Shown: one piece after another, positions 61,815 through 64,000 of the stretch
How positions within the stretch are numbered: the first letter of the stretch is position 1
Layout of the letters: each line of letters opens with the position of its first letter
Notes under the pieces: generated by a model
Databases searched by the model: none
Told to the model about the DNA's origin: nothing
The model's input: only the letters and a program-made list of their open reading frames with translations
Made by a program: the position numbers and the translations under genes
Source: Paraphysomonas bandaiensis
Lineage: Eukaryota; Protista; Chrysophyceae
Reading direction: 5' to 3'
DNA: 64,000 nucleotides
NCBI GenBank assembly: GCA_965644295.1
Contig: CBFFRP010000002.1
Coordinates: 139,824 to 203,823, forward strand

Positions 61815-62822
61815 ATGTCAATTTATACAAAGCCGAAAACAAGCAATAATGCCATTTTCAATGCAGAAAATCATAAACAGATTGAAACAGCAAGAGTAAT
61901 ATTAAATATGGCGGAATATGCAAGATTGGACAATGCTAAATTTACAGCGAACGTTGAAATCTTGAATGGTAATAACTTAACCATAAACAATGAACCCCAA
62001 ACAGTTGCTTTCACAGATTCAAAAAATAATATGTTGTCAGATATGAATACAAGATTATTAAACCTCACTGGAAATGAAATACAAACATTAGACGGTATAA
62101 ATACCAATGAAACTATACAATCACAATTGAACACATTGACAGCAAGTTTTAATGGTCTTGATGCTCTTCAAGACATAGACTTGATTAATATACCGAATTT
62201 GCAATTGGATGTGGCAAATTTACAAGCCCAAGATATAACATTACAGAACAATATAAATTCTAAACATGATATAATAGATGTAAATAATAAGTTAAATTCT
62301 GGATTAGTTTATGACTTCAACTTTAATGATACAATTGATAACTTATTAAATACAATAGACGGTAATATTATAACACTTGAAAATACAAAATTGAATTTAA
62401 CAGGCGGAACAATGACAGGAAATATAACAACTAAACAAATAAGCGAATCCATCAGCACAACATATACGTTTTCTTCAAATGTGTTGACATATAATTATAG
62501 CAATGGTTCAATTATATATTTCAATGGGTTAACAAGTGATACAAATTTTGAACTTGATATAACGAATATTAATTCAAGTAACTTAACAAATACTTCTTTC
62601 ACAGTGTCAGTTATAATAGATACATCAAGTTATAAAGCACATATAAACACTTTAAAAGTTAATACAGTTTCAGAAACGTTGAATGTGTCAGGAGGACTCG
62701 CAAATGTGGACATTAGTAATACGACAACATCAGGAGCAATATTACAAACAATAACAATAATATATACTAACTCAGGAACATCACCAACGAAAGTAATATC
62801 AAATATAGGATCATATTATTAA
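61815..62822 (+). CDS. Putative virion fibre/spike-like protein, 335 aa
   Basis: Asn/Thr-rich; N-terminal MSIYTKP...IFN; heptad-like middle; LNLTGGTMTGNI motif typical of tail-fibre proteins; beta-rich C-terminus. Confidence 0.6.
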   Translation: MSIYTKPKTSNNAIFNAENHKQIETARVILNMAEYARLDNAKFTANVEILNGNNLTINNEPQTVAFTDSKNNMLSDMNTRLLNLTGNEIQTLDGINTNETIQSQLNTLTASFNGLDALQDIDLINIPNLQLDVANLQAQDITLQNNINSKHDIIDVNNKLNSGLVYDFNFNDTIDNLLNTIDGNIITLENTKLNLTGGTMTGNITTKQISESISTTYTFSSNVLTYNYSNGSIIYFNGLTSDTNFELDITNINSSNLTNTSFTVSVIIDTSSYKAHINTLKVNTVSETLNVSGGLANVDISNTTTSGAILQTITIIYTNSGTSPTKVISNIGSYY

Positions 62823-62871
62823 AAATATATAAAACAATTTAAAAAAATATTATATATATATATTATATATC

Positions 62872-63039
62872 ATGCCTAGAGAAATTAAAAGAAAGTGTAA
62901 ACATTGTGATAAAACTATAAAAAGAATAAACAATGATTGGAATTCAAGAGAATATCATAAGAAATGTTATAAAGAGATTGAAGAGATGAAGTCAATGATT
63001 ATGAATATGGAGAAATATAAGAAGATGTATAATCTATAA
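62872..63039 (+). CDS. Small CxxC...HxxC Zn-finger protein, 55 aa (below the ORF-track cutoff)
   Basis: MPREIKRKCKHCDKTIKRINNDWNSREYHKKCYKEIEEMKSMIMNMEKYKKMYNL; preceded by AATTTAAAAAAA...TATATATC-ATG. Confidence 0.7.
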   Translation: MPREIKRKCKHCDKTIKRINNDWNSREYHKKCYKEIEEMKSMIMNMEKYKKMYNL

Positions 63040-63102
63040 ATTTTGTTGTCATTATAGTTAGTTAGTATTATATATACATATGTATATGTAACGTTTTAAA
63101 AA

Positions 63103-63426
63103 TTAATAGCCTTGTTCAGGTTTAATATAAGAACCGTGTGAATCATCATATTCTTTTAATAGCTTTTGTCTTTTCTCATAAGCTTTAGTTTTTTCAAGTT
63201 GTTCACTTGGTAAGTTTCTATTAATAGGATTCTTATAATATATTTGTTGTCTTTCACTGAGAAGTTCAACTTGTTTTTTTCGTTTCTGTATTTCTAAGTC
63301 TTTGATTAAGGCTTTATACTCTTCAATTTTTTTCGTAATGTTTGATATTTCAGTTTGAACTTGAGGTTTCTTTGTCTTTGGTATTGCGAAGAGTTCATTT
63401 TTTAAACATATAACAAAATCTGCCAT
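63103..63426 (-). CDS. Hypothetical coiled-coil viral protein, 107 aa
   Basis: Clean ORF with K/E/Q-rich heptads and a TATATA-rich leader. Confidence 0.6.
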   Translation of the reverse strand: MADFVICLKNELFAIPKTKKPQVQTEISNITKKIEEYKALIKDLEIQKRKKQVELLSERQQIYYKNPINRNLPSEQLEKTKAYEKRQKLLKEYDDSHGSYIKPEQGY

Positions 63427-63540
63427 AAAGTATATATAATAATGTTTATATAAAAAATATAGTTTTCAAATTTAATAAAAATAATAATTTTATTATAAAA
63501 CAATTTAAAAAACTAATTTTATATATATAATATATATATT

Positions 63541-63930
63541 ATGAAAACTTTAACAATTGACATTGAAGAAATTGACAGTTTATATTCAAAGCTACAAAAT
63601 GATAAAGAAATAAGATGTATTGTATTTGAATGTGAGAGAGTGAGAGAACTAAATTTAATTGAAATTGGTTTATCATATGAAGAAGAAGAGGAAAAAGATA
63701 TATTATATGAAAAAAACAATAGAAAAATCAATAAAGTTATTTCAAGATTTATTCCCAACACTATAACACATCTAAGTTTTAATGATGAAATCCACCTTGA
63801 TGAACGTGCATATAATTATTTACCTCAAAGTATACTTGAAATTCAGAATGAACATGGTGATACAATAACTAGAGATGAAATTAAAGAAATCATTAAAACT
63901 ACAGAAGAATCTTATGCAGGTTGTTTTTAA
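63541..63930 (+). CDS. Hypothetical viral protein with FNIP/LRR-like motif, 129 aa
   Basis: FIPNTITHLSF...LPQSILEI resembles FNIP repeats (IP.SVTHL.F); shared upstream motif. Confidence 0.55.
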   Translation: MKTLTIDIEEIDSLYSKLQNDKEIRCIVFECERVRELNLIEIGLSYEEEEEKDILYEKNNRKINKVISRFIPNTITHLSFNDEIHLDERAYNYLPQSILEIQNEHGDTITRDEIKEIIKTTEESYAGCF

Positions 63931-63935
63931 ATATA

Positions 63936-64000
63936 TTAATTTCCAATAACTTTATCAGGGTTTAAATGTTTCAAAGCGTCTGTACTATGTGATTTAAAAG
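63936..64000 (-). CDS. 3' end of a further viral ORF entering from outside the window
   Basis: One minus frame is open from the window edge: FKSHSTDALKHLNPDKVIGN-stop, converging on the 63930 stop. Confidence 0.35.
   Translation of the reverse strand, partial: FKSHSTDALKHLNPDKVIGN

Larger units (their letters stand above)
55344..64000. mobile_element. Endogenous Polinton/Maverick-, PLV- or virophage-like dsDNA virus (left part; continues beyond window)
   Basis: Abrupt shift to very AT-rich, intron-less, gene-dense DNA; begins ACACACACAG; encodes SF3 helicase, PolB-like protein, rve integrase with chromodomain and a fibre-like protein. Confidence 0.9.

Noticed and set aside
61150-64000. Right terminal inverted repeat of the viral element
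   Set aside because: No reverse complement of the 55344 terminus found in the window; viral-type ORFs continue to the edge.
1-64000. tRNA, rRNA or telomeric arrays
   Set aside because: None recognised by eye; isolated TTTAGGG/CCCTAA words are not tandem. A covariance-model scan would be needed to exclude small RNAs.

Overview
Eukaryotic protist DNA with short GT-AG introns (many about 46-65 nt); a stramenopile host is my inference from gene content. Host part (1-55343): the 3' part of a cNMP-binding-domain gene, a non-autonomous hAT element with an 8-bp target-site duplication, a 4-exon aspartate aminotransferase, and a ~7,040-aa single-pass surface protein (signal-peptide exon missed by the ORF track, Cys-bearing Pro/Thr/Ser stalk, three near-identical NHL-like propellers, REJ/GPS-like region). 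It also holds two decayed Ty1/Copia copies, a subtilase pseudogene, a coiled-coil gene with a Lys-rich tail, a TPR-SGNH gene and three paralogous 29-aa ankyrin-repeat genes (two with an F-box-like N-terminus) whose repeats vary mainly at fixed positions. (TATG)n tracts sit just upstream of five start codons, all in sense orientation. From 55344 to the window end, an intron-less AT-rich Polinton/virophage-like endogenous virus is inserted into the third ankyrin gene. It encodes an SF3 helicase, a very short divergent PolB, an rve integrase with a chromodomain, Zn-finger proteins and a fibre-like protein, and it carries a shared upstream motif and twin perfect palindromes. Capsid genes and the right terminus are not in the window. 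All calls come from reading motifs by eye; no database searches were run.
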